NCBI GenBank assembly: GCA_904418995.1
Contig: CAJFQF010000002.1
Coordinates: 30,223-94,222, forward strand
From: Candidatus Heritagella intestinalis
Lineage (GTDB): Bacteria; Bacillota; Clostridia; Oscillospirales; Acutalibacteraceae
DNA: 64,000 nucleotides
Direction of reading: 5' to 3'
The notes under the pieces are model-generated. The model was not told the DNA's origin and searched no databases. It saw only the letters and a list, made by a program, of their open reading frames with translations. Positions 18,407 to 25,955 of this stretch are shown in pieces. Each line of letters opens with the position of its first letter. The first letter of the stretch is position 1. Both the position numbers and the translations under genes were made by a program.

Positions 18407-18730
18407 ATGGAAGAGGGATTTCTCCGGCGGGTGTATGATATTACCGCCCGGATCCCCCGGGGGAAAGTGAGCACCTATGGACAGATCGCCTTTCTGGCGG
18501 GCAGTCCTCGTGCCGCCCGGATTGTGGGGGCCGCCATGTACCGGGCGCCGGCAGGGCTTCCCTGCCACCGGGTGCTGTACCGGGATGGCTCCCTGTGCCC
18601 GGGAGAGATTTTCGGCGGGCCGGGCCGCCAGCGGGAAATGCTGGAAGGAGAAGGGGTGCCCTTCCTGCCGGATGGCCGGGCGGATTTAAAACAGTGCCTG
18701 TGGCATCCGGGGGATTTATCGAAAGAATAA
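18407..18730 (+). CDS. MGMT-family protein (methylated-DNA--protein-cysteine methyltransferase DNA-binding domain only)
   Basis: IPRGKVSTYGQIA and the PCHRV active-site motif. 107 aa. Confidence 0.8.
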   Translation: MEEGFLRRVYDITARIPRGKVSTYGQIAFLAGSPRAARIVGAAMYRAPAGLPCHRVLYRDGSLCPGEIFGGPGRQREMLEGEGVPFLPDGRADLKQCLWHPGDLSKE

Positions 18731-18807
18731 CAGCGTGCAGCTGTTTCTAAAAATTAAAACAGGATGAATAAGCGGCCGCTTGAGCGGCTGTGGGAAGGAT
18801 GATACCA

Positions 18808-19260
18808 ATGTTTAATTCTACAAGCCAATTTACCAAACTTTTAGATGAGAAGAACCTGCGTTATCGCGTTTTAGAAGCGGAAGGCCCTAACGCGCCGGAC
18901 GACCGGGTACTCATGAAATTCCAGGGGCACTACGCCTCCATGGAAACCTGCGTTTTCTTTCCGGAAAAGGTACAGCTGGCTGGTGTACGGATTTTCCGGG
19001 TGGCTCAGGTGCCGGTGGAAAAACGGGAAGAGGTTCTGCGCCTGCTCAACCAGTGGAACCGCCGGTTTGTTTTGGCCAAGTTTTACCTGGATCCCAGCAG
19101 CGGCTTTGTGGAGATCGCGGTGGACGTCCTCTATCAGGAGGACAATGGGGCGCAGCTTTGCTTTGAGGCTTTGAACCGGGCTGTAAGTACCTGTGACATG
19201 GTGTTTCCCACACTGCTGGAAGCGATGGGAGATTTCCAAGCGAAACCAGAAAATTCCTAA
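18808..19260 (+). CDS. YbjN-domain protein (paralog 1)
   Basis: About 150 aa. Pattern L.Y.......D..V.KF......I.....A.FYLD matches the YbjN-like fold family. Paralogous to 19378..19809. Confidence 0.5.
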   Translation: MFNSTSQFTKLLDEKNLRYRVLEAEGPNAPDDRVLMKFQGHYASMETCVFFPEKVQLAGVRIFRVAQVPVEKREEVLRLLNQWNRRFVLAKFYLDPSSGFVEIAVDVLYQEDNGAQLCFEALNRAVSTCDMVFPTLLEAMGDFQAKPENS

Positions 19261-19291
19261 AAATAAACCGTTTAAAGATTGCGGGTTTTTG

Positions 19292-19320
19292 TTGACTTTG
19301 AACGAGAAATTGTGTAATAT
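19292..19320 (+). promoter_or_regulatory. sigma70-type promoter for the second YbjN-like gene
   Basis: TTGACT, 17-nt spacer, TAATAT. Confidence 0.55.
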
Positions 19321-19377
19321 AAGAAGGTAGAAACCAAAAATTTGGCTGCAGAAGGCGGTCAAAAAGGAGGATGGAAT

Positions 19378-19809
19378 ATGTTTTACGCAACCCAGGAGTT
19401 CGTCAACCATTTGAAGAAGGAAGAGCTGAAGTACACTCTTCATGAAGCGGAAGACCCGGAGTCCGGGAAAGACCGTGTGATCGTGAAGTTCGGCGGCGAG
19501 AACATCAGCGATATTGTCATTCAGTTCTTCTTCTCCGATGACAGTGAGGATGCAGGCGTCCGCATTTTTGACATTGTCAAGGTGCCGGAAATGAAATCCA
19601 ATAAGATGATCAAGGTTATTAACGACTTGAACAATAAGTACCGCTTCGCTAAGTTCTGCCTGGATACGAAGGATGACACCATCCAGCTGGAGATCGACCT
19701 GATTTTCCGGCAGCACGATATCGGGGCAATCTGCACGGAGGCTATGCTGCGTGCCCTGCGCATCTGCGATGATTCCTATCCGGAGCTGATGAAGGAGCTG
19801 TGGGCCTGA
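19378..19809 (+). CDS. YbjN-domain protein (paralog 2)
   Basis: Colinear with the upstream paralog (LKYTLHEAED.., VKFGG, RFAKFCLD). RBS AAAAAGGAGG lies 7 nt upstream. Confidence 0.5.
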   Translation: MFYATQEFVNHLKKEELKYTLHEAEDPESGKDRVIVKFGGENISDIVIQFFFSDDSEDAGVRIFDIVKVPEMKSNKMIKVINDLNNKYRFAKFCLDTKDDTIQLEIDLIFRQHDIGAICTEAMLRALRICDDSYPELMKELWA

Positions 19810-19865
19810 GAAACTGGGCTTAGGCAGGAGAGGAATAGGGAGAAAGAACGGGTTCTTTTGTAATC

Positions 19866-20061
19866 GTTCATAATTTGGCTAAGAAACCTTTTTGAAATAT
19901 TCGCAGCTTTGAGACAAAAGGGTCATATTTCTAAGGTATACTAAAGCCATGGAAACGAGTACAAGAGCCTGTCCCAACAGGCGATTTCATAAAACCCTTC
20001 TTTTTCATGATTCCTTCTCAAGATCAAAAGGCCGGACTTCGCGTCCGGCTTTTTGATTTTT
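19866..20061 (+). repeat. dispersed, 5'-shortened fourth copy of the 6.5-7.3 kb repeat family
   Basis: GTTCATAATTT box at 19866. AGTACAAGAGCCTGTCCCAACAGGCGATTTCATAAAACCCTTCTTTTTCATGATTCCTTCTCAA is nearly identical to unit A. Ends with a hairpin plus T-run. Confidence 0.65.
20031..20061 (+). terminator. rho-independent terminator (repeat copy D / ybjN-like operon)
   Basis: Stem GCCGGAC / GTCCGGC followed by TTTTTGATTTTT. Confidence 0.7.
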
Positions 20062-20125
20062 AGGGAGGGTTCCCGCTGAAAGGGGCTCGGCCTTCCACGA
20101 TACATACCATCCAGGAGGAAAGACT

Positions 20126-20512
20126 ATGCCAGAAATGATTTGGCAGGACCGGAAGCGGATTCTGGGAATGCCCATTACCTTTACCAAATATTCCATGTCG
20201 GAGGACCGGCTGTTTATTAAGAAAGGCTTTTTAAACCTCTCCACCGATGAACTGCTCCTCTACCGGGTGCGCGACATCAGCTTAAAGCGGTCTTTGGGCC
20301 AGCGAATCTTCGGGGTGGGGAGCGTTGTTGTGTATTCTTCCGATCAAACGACCCCCTCTTTGGAATTGAAGAACATCAAAAACAGCGAAGAAGTTAAAGA
20401 GCTCCTTCATCAGCAGGTAGAAGAGATGAAGCTTCAGAGAAGGGTGCGCATTGGGGAATTGATGGACGGAGACCCGGGGGACGAGGACTTTGACGATGGA
20501 GAAGTGCTCTGA
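20126..20512 (+). CDS. bacterial PH-domain protein (bPH_2 / DUF304-like)
   Basis: Y.MSEDRLFIKKGFL....DELLLYRVRDI......L.QRIFGVGSV pattern. Acidic C-terminal tail. Confidence 0.6.
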   Translation: MPEMIWQDRKRILGMPITFTKYSMSEDRLFIKKGFLNLSTDELLLYRVRDISLKRSLGQRIFGVGSVVVYSSDQTTPSLELKNIKNSEEVKELLHQQVEEMKLQRRVRIGELMDGDPGDEDFDDGEVL

Positions 20513-20544
20513 TTTTTGATTTTTTCGAGAGTATCCGGAAGCAA

Positions 20545-20595
20545 AAAGTGCCGGCAGGCATAGGCCGTTACGGCCTGGAACCTGCCGGCGCTCTT
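20545..20595. terminator. hairpin terminator between convergent genes
   Basis: GCCGGCAGG ... CCTGCCGGC stem with an inner GGCCGTTACGGCC hairpin. A-run/T-run flanks favour the minus-strand gene. Confidence 0.55.
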
Positions 20596-20614
20596 TGTGG
20601 ATGAGGCCCTTTTC

Positions 20615-20815
20615 TCAGTGAGCGGAATAGCCCATGAGGTTTTCGGCAAACTGGCGCAGCTCTGCTTCGGTGCGCAGGTTTACCCCGCTTTGATGGATGC
20701 CTTCCTGGATATAGGGGGGCAGCGAAGCGAAATATTGGCGCATACGCTCCTGCTGGGCTGCTGCGGACTCGTAAGTCCCAGAGGACTGGGGGAAAGATCG
20801 GTTCATTTCCGGCAT
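20615..20815 (-). CDS. small hypothetical protein (66 aa)
   Basis: RBS GGAGGTG 7 nt upstream of ATG 20815 and a terminator downstream. No recognisable family. Confidence 0.45.
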   Translation of the reverse strand: MPEMNRSFPQSSGTYESAAAQQERMRQYFASLPPYIQEGIHQSGVNLRTEAELRQFAENLMGYSAH

Positions 20816-20898
20816 TTGATTCACCTCCGGCTTTATTCTTTGCTGGAAACCGGTTTCCTATACCGGATATTTTGAAAAACAGAGAGGAGAAAGACTTT

Positions 20899-21570
20899 AT
20901 GTACCGGATCTTTATTGTGGAGGACGACCGGGGAATTGCCCAGGCCATCCAGGAGCAGGCGGAAATGTGGGGCCTCCAGGCCAAATGCGCCGGGGATTTC
21001 CGGAATGTGCTGGCGGAGTTTGCCGGTTACGACCCGCACCTGGTGCTGCTGGACATCTCCCTGCCCTTTTATAACGGGTACCATTGGTGCAGTGAGATCC
21101 GGCAGGTCTCCAAGGTGCCTATTATCTTTATTTCCTCCGCGTCGGACAATATGAATATTGTCATGGCCATGAACATGGGGGCGGATGACTTTATCGCCAA
21201 GCCCTTTGACCAGAGTGTCCTCATTGCCAAAATCCAGGCTTTACTGCGCCGCACCTATGATTTCGCCGCCGCCGTGCCGGTGCTGGAACACCGGGGCGCT
21301 CTGCTGAATACCGGGGATAATACCCTTACCTATGAAGGGGAGCAGGTTTCCCTGACCAAAAATGAATACCGCATTTTGCTGGCCCTCATGGAAAATAAGG
21401 GCAAAGTGGTCAGCCGGGAACGTCTCATGGAGCGCCTGTGGGAAACCGACAGCTTTGTGGACGACAATACCCTGACCGTCAATGTCAACCGCCTGCGGAA
21501 AAAACTGGACGCCGTGGGCCTGCAGGATTTTATCACTACCAAGTTCCGGGTGGGATATATTATTGCTTGA
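20899..21570 (+). CDS. OmpR-family response regulator (BceR/GraR-like)
   Basis: Receiver domain (IFIVEDD, LLDISLP, KP) plus winged-helix output (LTKNEYRILL, TVNVNRLRKKL). Confidence 0.9.
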   Translation: MYRIFIVEDDRGIAQAIQEQAEMWGLQAKCAGDFRNVLAEFAGYDPHLVLLDISLPFYNGYHWCSEIRQVSKVPIIFISSASDNMNIVMAMNMGADDFIAKPFDQSVLIAKIQALLRRTYDFAAAVPVLEHRGALLNTGDNTLTYEGEQVSLTKNEYRILLALMENKGKVVSRERLMERLWETDSFVDDNTLTVNVNRLRKKLDAVGLQDFITTKFRVGYIIA

Positions 21571-21595
21571 GAAAATCAGGAAAGGAGGAAACGGT

Positions 21596-22591
21596 ATGGC
21601 GCCATTTTTGAAAGCCTATTGGAAACAGTGCAGGAAGGGCTTGGGGATTTTCCTGCTTTTTAGCCTGATTTTCCTCGGCGTCTTTCTGCTGTATGGGATT
21701 TCCATAGAGGCAGTGTTGTATCCGGCGATTCTTTGCGGCCTGTTGGGGCTGATATTTTTGGCGCTGGATATGCATCGTGCCTGGCGTACTTACCGGCAGC
21801 TGGAAATTTTAAAGACGCTGCCAGCTCCCCTGATGGAACCCTTTCCGGAGCCGGATACCATGGAATCCGAGGAGTATCAGGAGATCGTCCAGACTTTGCG
21901 GGAGGGGCAGAAGCAGCTGGAAAGCGGCATGGCCCTGCGCTATGAGGAGATGGTGGAGTATTACACGATCTGGGCCCATCAGATCAAAACCCCCATTGCC
22001 TCTATGCGGCTGACCCTGCAAAACGAGGACTCCGAGCTTTCCCGGCGGCTTTCGGAGGACTTGTTGCGCATTGAGCAGTATGTGGAGATGGTGCTGTGCT
22101 ATCTGCGGCTGGATTCCAGTTCCACGGACTATGTGTTCCAGGAATACGATTTGGACAGCATTGTCAAGCAAGCCGTGCGGAAATTTGCCGGGCAGTTTAT
22201 CCGACGCAAAATCCGCCTGGACTACCAACCCCTGCATACCCGGGTGGTGACAGACGAGAAATGGCTTCTTTTTGTCGTGGAGCAGGTGCTCTCCAACGCT
22301 CTGAAATACACCCCGGCCGCAGGTACGGTGACCATTGATTTGGAGGAACCGAAAACCCTTTGCATTCGGGACACGGGCATAGGGATTGCGCCGGAGGATC
22401 TCCCACGGGTATTCGAAAAGGGATATACCGGCTATAACGGCCGGAATGATAAGAAGGCCAGCGGCATCGGATTGTATCTGTGCCGGCGGATTTGTAAGAA
22501 CCTGAACCATGTTATTTCTGTGGATTCCTCCCTGGACAGCGGAACCGTGGTGCGTATCCGTTTGGAGCAGGTGAAGTTAGGCAAAGAATAG
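21596..22591 (+). CDS. intramembrane-sensing histidine kinase (BceS-like)
   Basis: Two N-terminal TM helices with a very short loop, H-box WAHQIKTPI, N-box SNALKYT, G-boxes DTGIGI and GIGLYL. Confidence 0.85.
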   Translation: MAPFLKAYWKQCRKGLGIFLLFSLIFLGVFLLYGISIEAVLYPAILCGLLGLIFLALDMHRAWRTYRQLEILKTLPAPLMEPFPEPDTMESEEYQEIVQTLREGQKQLESGMALRYEEMVEYYTIWAHQIKTPIASMRLTLQNEDSELSRRLSEDLLRIEQYVEMVLCYLRLDSSSTDYVFQEYDLDSIVKQAVRKFAGQFIRRKIRLDYQPLHTRVVTDEKWLLFVVEQVLSNALKYTPAAGTVTIDLEEPKTLCIRDTGIGIAPEDLPRVFEKGYTGYNGRNDKKASGIGLYLCRRICKNLNHVISVDSSLDSGTVVRIRLEQVKLGKE

Positions 22592-22817
22592 GCGCCGTCA
22601 CGGGAATATGTGGATTCCAACAGGCCTTGCCTATACTTATTTCAACCTGTGACAAAAGCGTAAGTTATGTAAAATTTCTAATTACTTAATAAAAATCGGC
22701 TATTTAAAGCCATTTTTTCAAATTGATTCTATTTTATTACACCACTACTACACCATTTGCGAATCAATACACTACACCCATACATAAAAATAATCAGTCA
22801 ATTTGAGGAAAGTACCG

Positions 22818-22846
22818 TTGATATATGTTACGAGATAGAGTACAAT
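22818..22846 (+). promoter_or_regulatory. near-consensus sigma70 promoter for the plus-strand cassette at the prophage end
   Basis: TTGATA, 17-nt spacer, TACAAT. Confidence 0.6.
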
Positions 22847-22878
22847 AAAAATAAGCTATCGACAGCAATAAGGCTATT

Positions 22879-23700
22879 TTGCAAACCAATGAAGGGTGTG
22901 ATAAAGCAGTGCCTAAAGAAAAAGACCTAACAGGGAGGCGGTTTGGAAGCTTGGTGGTATTGCGCAAAGCGGCCACTCCGTATATCTCTCCCTCCGGGAA
23001 GAAAACAATTCGTTGGGTATGCAAGTGCGAAGCCTGCGGACGAGAAGTAACAATGCTGCGAAACACATTGATTTACGCAACCTCATGTGGATGCAAAAGG
23101 TCGGAAAGCGCAAAGAAGAAAGAGCGAAATCAAAAAGTATGTGTTGTATGCGGCAATAAATTTGATTCGCCACCATCTGAGCGTAAAAAAACCTGCTCCC
23201 CAGAATGTTCTTCTGTTTTACGTGCCAAAATCCAGACGGGGACAAAACATGCCTGGTCTGACGAAGCAAAGAGAAGATATAGCCAAAACACAGCGCACAT
23301 ACAACAAGCTAAGGAGCAAGTAGTAGAAGCAACAAAAAAAGCAGCAAGTTTGCCAGAAGGGCAAAGAGGAGCACAAAACCGCGAATGCAAAGTTTGGATA
23401 CTCAAAGATCCTTTCGGCAATATACATCGCGCTGTTGGTTTGCGACCTTGGGCACGTTCTAACTATGAGTTGTTTGAACCTGGCTCTACAGACATTGAGG
23501 CTACGGCAAATAGAATTGTATCTGGCCTATATGCTGTTGCTGGCAGTCTTTTTTATAGTTCGCCATCCAGGCAAAAGAACCCGACATCAACATATAAGGG
23601 CTGGACAGTAATTTCGGTAAGGGACAAAAACGCAAATGAACAGCTGCAAGCTATGATAGAACACGAAAGTACCAAAGCAAAAGGAGGAACACAAAAATGA
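22879..23700 (+). CDS. phage-associated zinc-ribbon protein with homing-endonuclease-like DNA-binding layout; function unknown
   Basis: LTGRRFGSLVVL...WVCKCEACG N-terminal module is common in phage HNH/AP2-type proteins. A second CxxC...CxxC follows. C-terminal KVWILKDPFGNIH...YKGWTV resembles NUMOD-type modules. Start uncertain (TTG 22879 or GTG 22909). Confidence 0.4.
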   Translation: MQTNEGCDKAVPKEKDLTGRRFGSLVVLRKAATPYISPSGKKTIRWVCKCEACGREVTMLRNTLIYATSCGCKRSESAKKKERNQKVCVVCGNKFDSPPSERKKTCSPECSSVLRAKIQTGTKHAWSDEAKRRYSQNTAHIQQAKEQVVEATKKAASLPEGQRGAQNRECKVWILKDPFGNIHRAVGLRPWARSNYELFEPGSTDIEATANRIVSGLYAVAGSLFYSSPSRQKNPTSTYKGWTVISVRDKNANEQLQAMIEHESTKAKGGTQK

Positions 23701-24008
23701 CATCAAAAGAAGCATATTCTCTCGGATGGTGCTTTGGGGCAATTTCGAATGTAGCCGAAGACCCATTTATCGGCGGGGATAAAACTCTCGCCTGTCAGCG
23801 CCCCTATTCTGCATTGGCGAAAATCATTGCAGAAGCGAAACGCAGAGGTATTCTCACCGGGAAGTTGGAACAATCGATTGCAGAGCATATACAGAATGTT
23901 ACGAACTTTCCGGATTTAGACAAAGAGGGGTCGGAACCATATCTTCCCCTTCCACTTCAAGGAGATTGGCAGAGAGGGTATTTTGCTGGCTTGGCAGAAG
24001 AAATTTGA
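23697..24008 (+). CDS. hypothetical protein (103 aa), translationally coupled to the upstream gene
   Basis: ATGA start/stop overlap at 23697-23700. No recognisable family. Confidence 0.45.
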   Translation: MTSKEAYSLGWCFGAISNVAEDPFIGGDKTLACQRPYSALAKIIAEAKRRGILTGKLEQSIAEHIQNVTNFPDLDKEGSEPYLPLPLQGDWQRGYFAGLAEEI

Positions 24009-24057
24009 GCACCAAACAACCGTTAACCAAAATAAAAATACATTATCCCATCTCAGC

Positions 24058-24104
24058 AAAAAAATAGCCTCACTTGTCTTTGTGACGTGTGAGGCTATTT
24101 CATT
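24058..24104. terminator. bidirectional terminator shared by the convergent cassettes
   Basis: Stem ATAGCCTCAC / GTGAGGCTAT flanked by A7 (T7 on the minus strand) and TTCATT. Confidence 0.7.
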
Positions 24105-24247
24105 GTGCTGGCAGGGCGGCACTTCTGCATCTCAAATACCCAGTGGGTGTGTCGGGTGCCATTTCCGACCTCAGCACATTTCAAACCTACTACTTATACC
24201 CCGCTACAGGTAAGCGGCATCCGTTTTGCGATACATTTTTTAAATTA

Positions 24248-25324
24248 TTAAACTTTGGAGATAGTCTCCAAACAATTTTTTATTTCTCCACAAAGCACCT
24301 GTATATCCTCTTGTATATATATCTTGGGTGCAGCTCCACTATCCAAACAGCAAGCACCATCTGCGCCATTATATTCTTCGGGCTTACTAATATATGCCTC
24401 AGAAAATTGCTCTCCATGCGTTAATCTCTGAGTGTATTCGTTCATATCATTCCGTTTTTTGTCTGGACGAGCTCTTATTCGCAAAAGTCTTGATTGTGTA
24501 ACTTCTAAAGACCAAGGAACTTCTTTCGCTTGTAGAGGATACTCAGTAATCTCTTGATTAGCCTCTAAACGCCCTTTGATTTTCTGAAGTTCTGAAGTCA
24601 ACGCCATTACATTTCGTTGCGTCAGTTGGGATTTAGTGATCCTTGGTTTTACGGGGGAATTAGACTGAGCATCCGTAGGTAAATCTGTTGTGTCAGATTC
24701 TTCCGTCACGCCATCAGACGAACAAGAAGAAATATCAGTAAATTCTACAATATCCGTTTTTTTGGGTGGATGCCCATGTTTTGCAAGTAATCGCTCTTTT
24801 AACTCTCGCTGGCTTGATGGGGTGGATTCAGGTATTAAAGTCTTGGGGTTTGAATGGCTGTTATTTGTAGCCATTTGAGCTACTGGATAAAATCGCTTTG
24901 CTTTACGCCGTTCTCTTTCTTGACTATGAATTAAATGGGGATTTCCGCCGAGCGATGAAGATGCAATTTTGAAATCGCCAGATAAAATACATCTTTCAAT
25001 TTCTTCTGCGGTCACATATCCGTCACGAAAATTGGCAACGGCGTCCAACGGAACTCCCCTTGTGACAAACTCGTCGGCCTTTTGTGCAATATCCAGGGGT
25101 GGTTCTGAACTGAGCGATATAGGTTTAGCCTCTGGATCAGAAGGTTTTTCTTGTTGTTTTGGGGGTGTTTTAAAAAAGCGCACAGCAAACACTAGCATAA
25201 CAATGAGCAATACAATCGCTAAAATACCCGCAAAAGAACCTGTTTGAACAAGATAACAGATTATCAAAATAATCGCAACTAAACCCAGAATAGCCTCCAC
25301 TATATACACCCCTATATGAATCAA
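24248..25324 (-). CDS. membrane-anchored hypothetical protein (two N-terminal TM helices, about 300-aa soluble part)
   Basis: Hydrophobic stretches IVEAILGLVAIILIICYLV and FAGILAIVLLIVMLVFAV, then a Pro/Lys/Glu-rich linker. Has its own promoter. Start uncertain (TTG 25324 or GTG 25300). Confidence 0.5.
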   Translation of the reverse strand: MIHIGVYIVEAILGLVAIILIICYLVQTGSFAGILAIVLLIVMLVFAVRFFKTPPKQQEKPSDPEAKPISLSSEPPLDIAQKADEFVTRGVPLDAVANFRDGYVTAEEIERCILSGDFKIASSSLGGNPHLIHSQERERRKAKRFYPVAQMATNNSHSNPKTLIPESTPSSQRELKERLLAKHGHPPKKTDIVEFTDISSCSSDGVTEESDTTDLPTDAQSNSPVKPRITKSQLTQRNVMALTSELQKIKGRLEANQEITEYPLQAKEVPWSLEVTQSRLLRIRARPDKKRNDMNEYTQRLTHGEQFSEAYISKPEEYNGADGACCLDSGAAPKIYIQEDIQVLCGEIKNCLETISKV

Positions 25325-25332
25325 TTGATTTT

Positions 25333-25361
25333 ATTATATGGCTGCCCATCAATAAAATCAA
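25333..25361 (-). promoter_or_regulatory. near-consensus sigma70 promoter for the 24248..25324 gene
   Basis: Minus strand reads TTGATT, 17-nt spacer, TATAAT. It lies only about 8 nt upstream of TTG 25324. Confidence 0.55.
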
Positions 25362-25379
25362 GGTAAAGGTGTAACGCCT

Positions 25380-25637
25380 TTATTCCTTCGGTTCCTGATA
25401 AGTCATAGCCTGGTCACTATCCGATCCACCCGCAGTAGTCGGGTCATTCACAACCCCAAAGAGAGCCAGTAGGGTAAACACGGTGCCGACAATGCCCAAC
25501 AACTGTTCCTGCAAAGCGCTCAAGTCCAATCCCAGGCCAAACATGGCGCAAATCTGCTGAATCAAAAGCAGCACCGCAGGAATCAGCGCCAGCCAAAAAG
25601 CTTTATTCTTAAAACGCACAGTCCAGTTAATCTTCAT
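25380..25637 (-). CDS. holin (phi LC3-type family)
   Basis: MKINWTVRFKNKAFWLALIPAVLLLIQQ matches the LC3-type holin N-terminus as I recall it. Two TM segments. RBS GGAGGG upstream of ATG 25637. Confidence 0.8.
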   Translation of the reverse strand: MKINWTVRFKNKAFWLALIPAVLLLIQQICAMFGLGLDLSALQEQLLGIVGTVFTLLALFGVVNDPTTAGGSDSDQAMTYQEPKE

Positions 25638-25944
25638 GATGATTCCCTCCAATCTCTTCTTGATACTTCTCAACTAAAAGGCGGTAACGGGCTTTTACGG
25701 CTCCATTGCCGCCTTCTTTAATATATTCCTCGCCTGCCTTCAGGCGTTCCTCCATCGGCATTTCTTCGGACATAATCGTAAGCCTCAGCGTACACAGATA
25801 GTCATTGCGCTGATGGGCTTCTACGCGCTCCAATCTCTGAACAATATCTTTCAGCGGCTTTGAGAGCTTCCATACCGTAGCAAATAGCGCTATGATTACG
25901 GAAATATAGCCGCACAAAGTGGCAATGTCCTCAATCCACGACAC
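25627..25944 (-). CDS. small membrane protein of the lysis cassette (function unknown)
   Basis: N-terminal TM LCGYISVIIALFATVW. GTG start with RBS AAGAGGTGG. Lies between the endolysin and holin genes. Confidence 0.5.
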   Translation of the reverse strand: MSWIEDIATLCGYISVIIALFATVWKLSKPLKDIVQRLERVEAHQRNDYLCTLRLTIMSEEMPMEERLKAGEEYIKEGGNGAVKARYRLLVEKYQEEIGGNHHED

Positions 25945-25955
25945 ACAACCACCTC

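Noticed and set aside
22592-22700. tRNA gene as the phage attachment site at the left junction
   Set aside because: No cloverleaf or T-loop (GGTTCGAAT-like) sequence is present between the kinase stop and the first phage gene.
24105-24247. GC-rich 140-nt island in the 3' UTR of the 24248..25324 gene as a tRNA fragment or att remnant
   Set aside because: It contains small hairpins only (CCGCT..AGCGG, GTCGG..CCGAC). It has no tRNA-like arms and no repeat partner elsewhere in the window.
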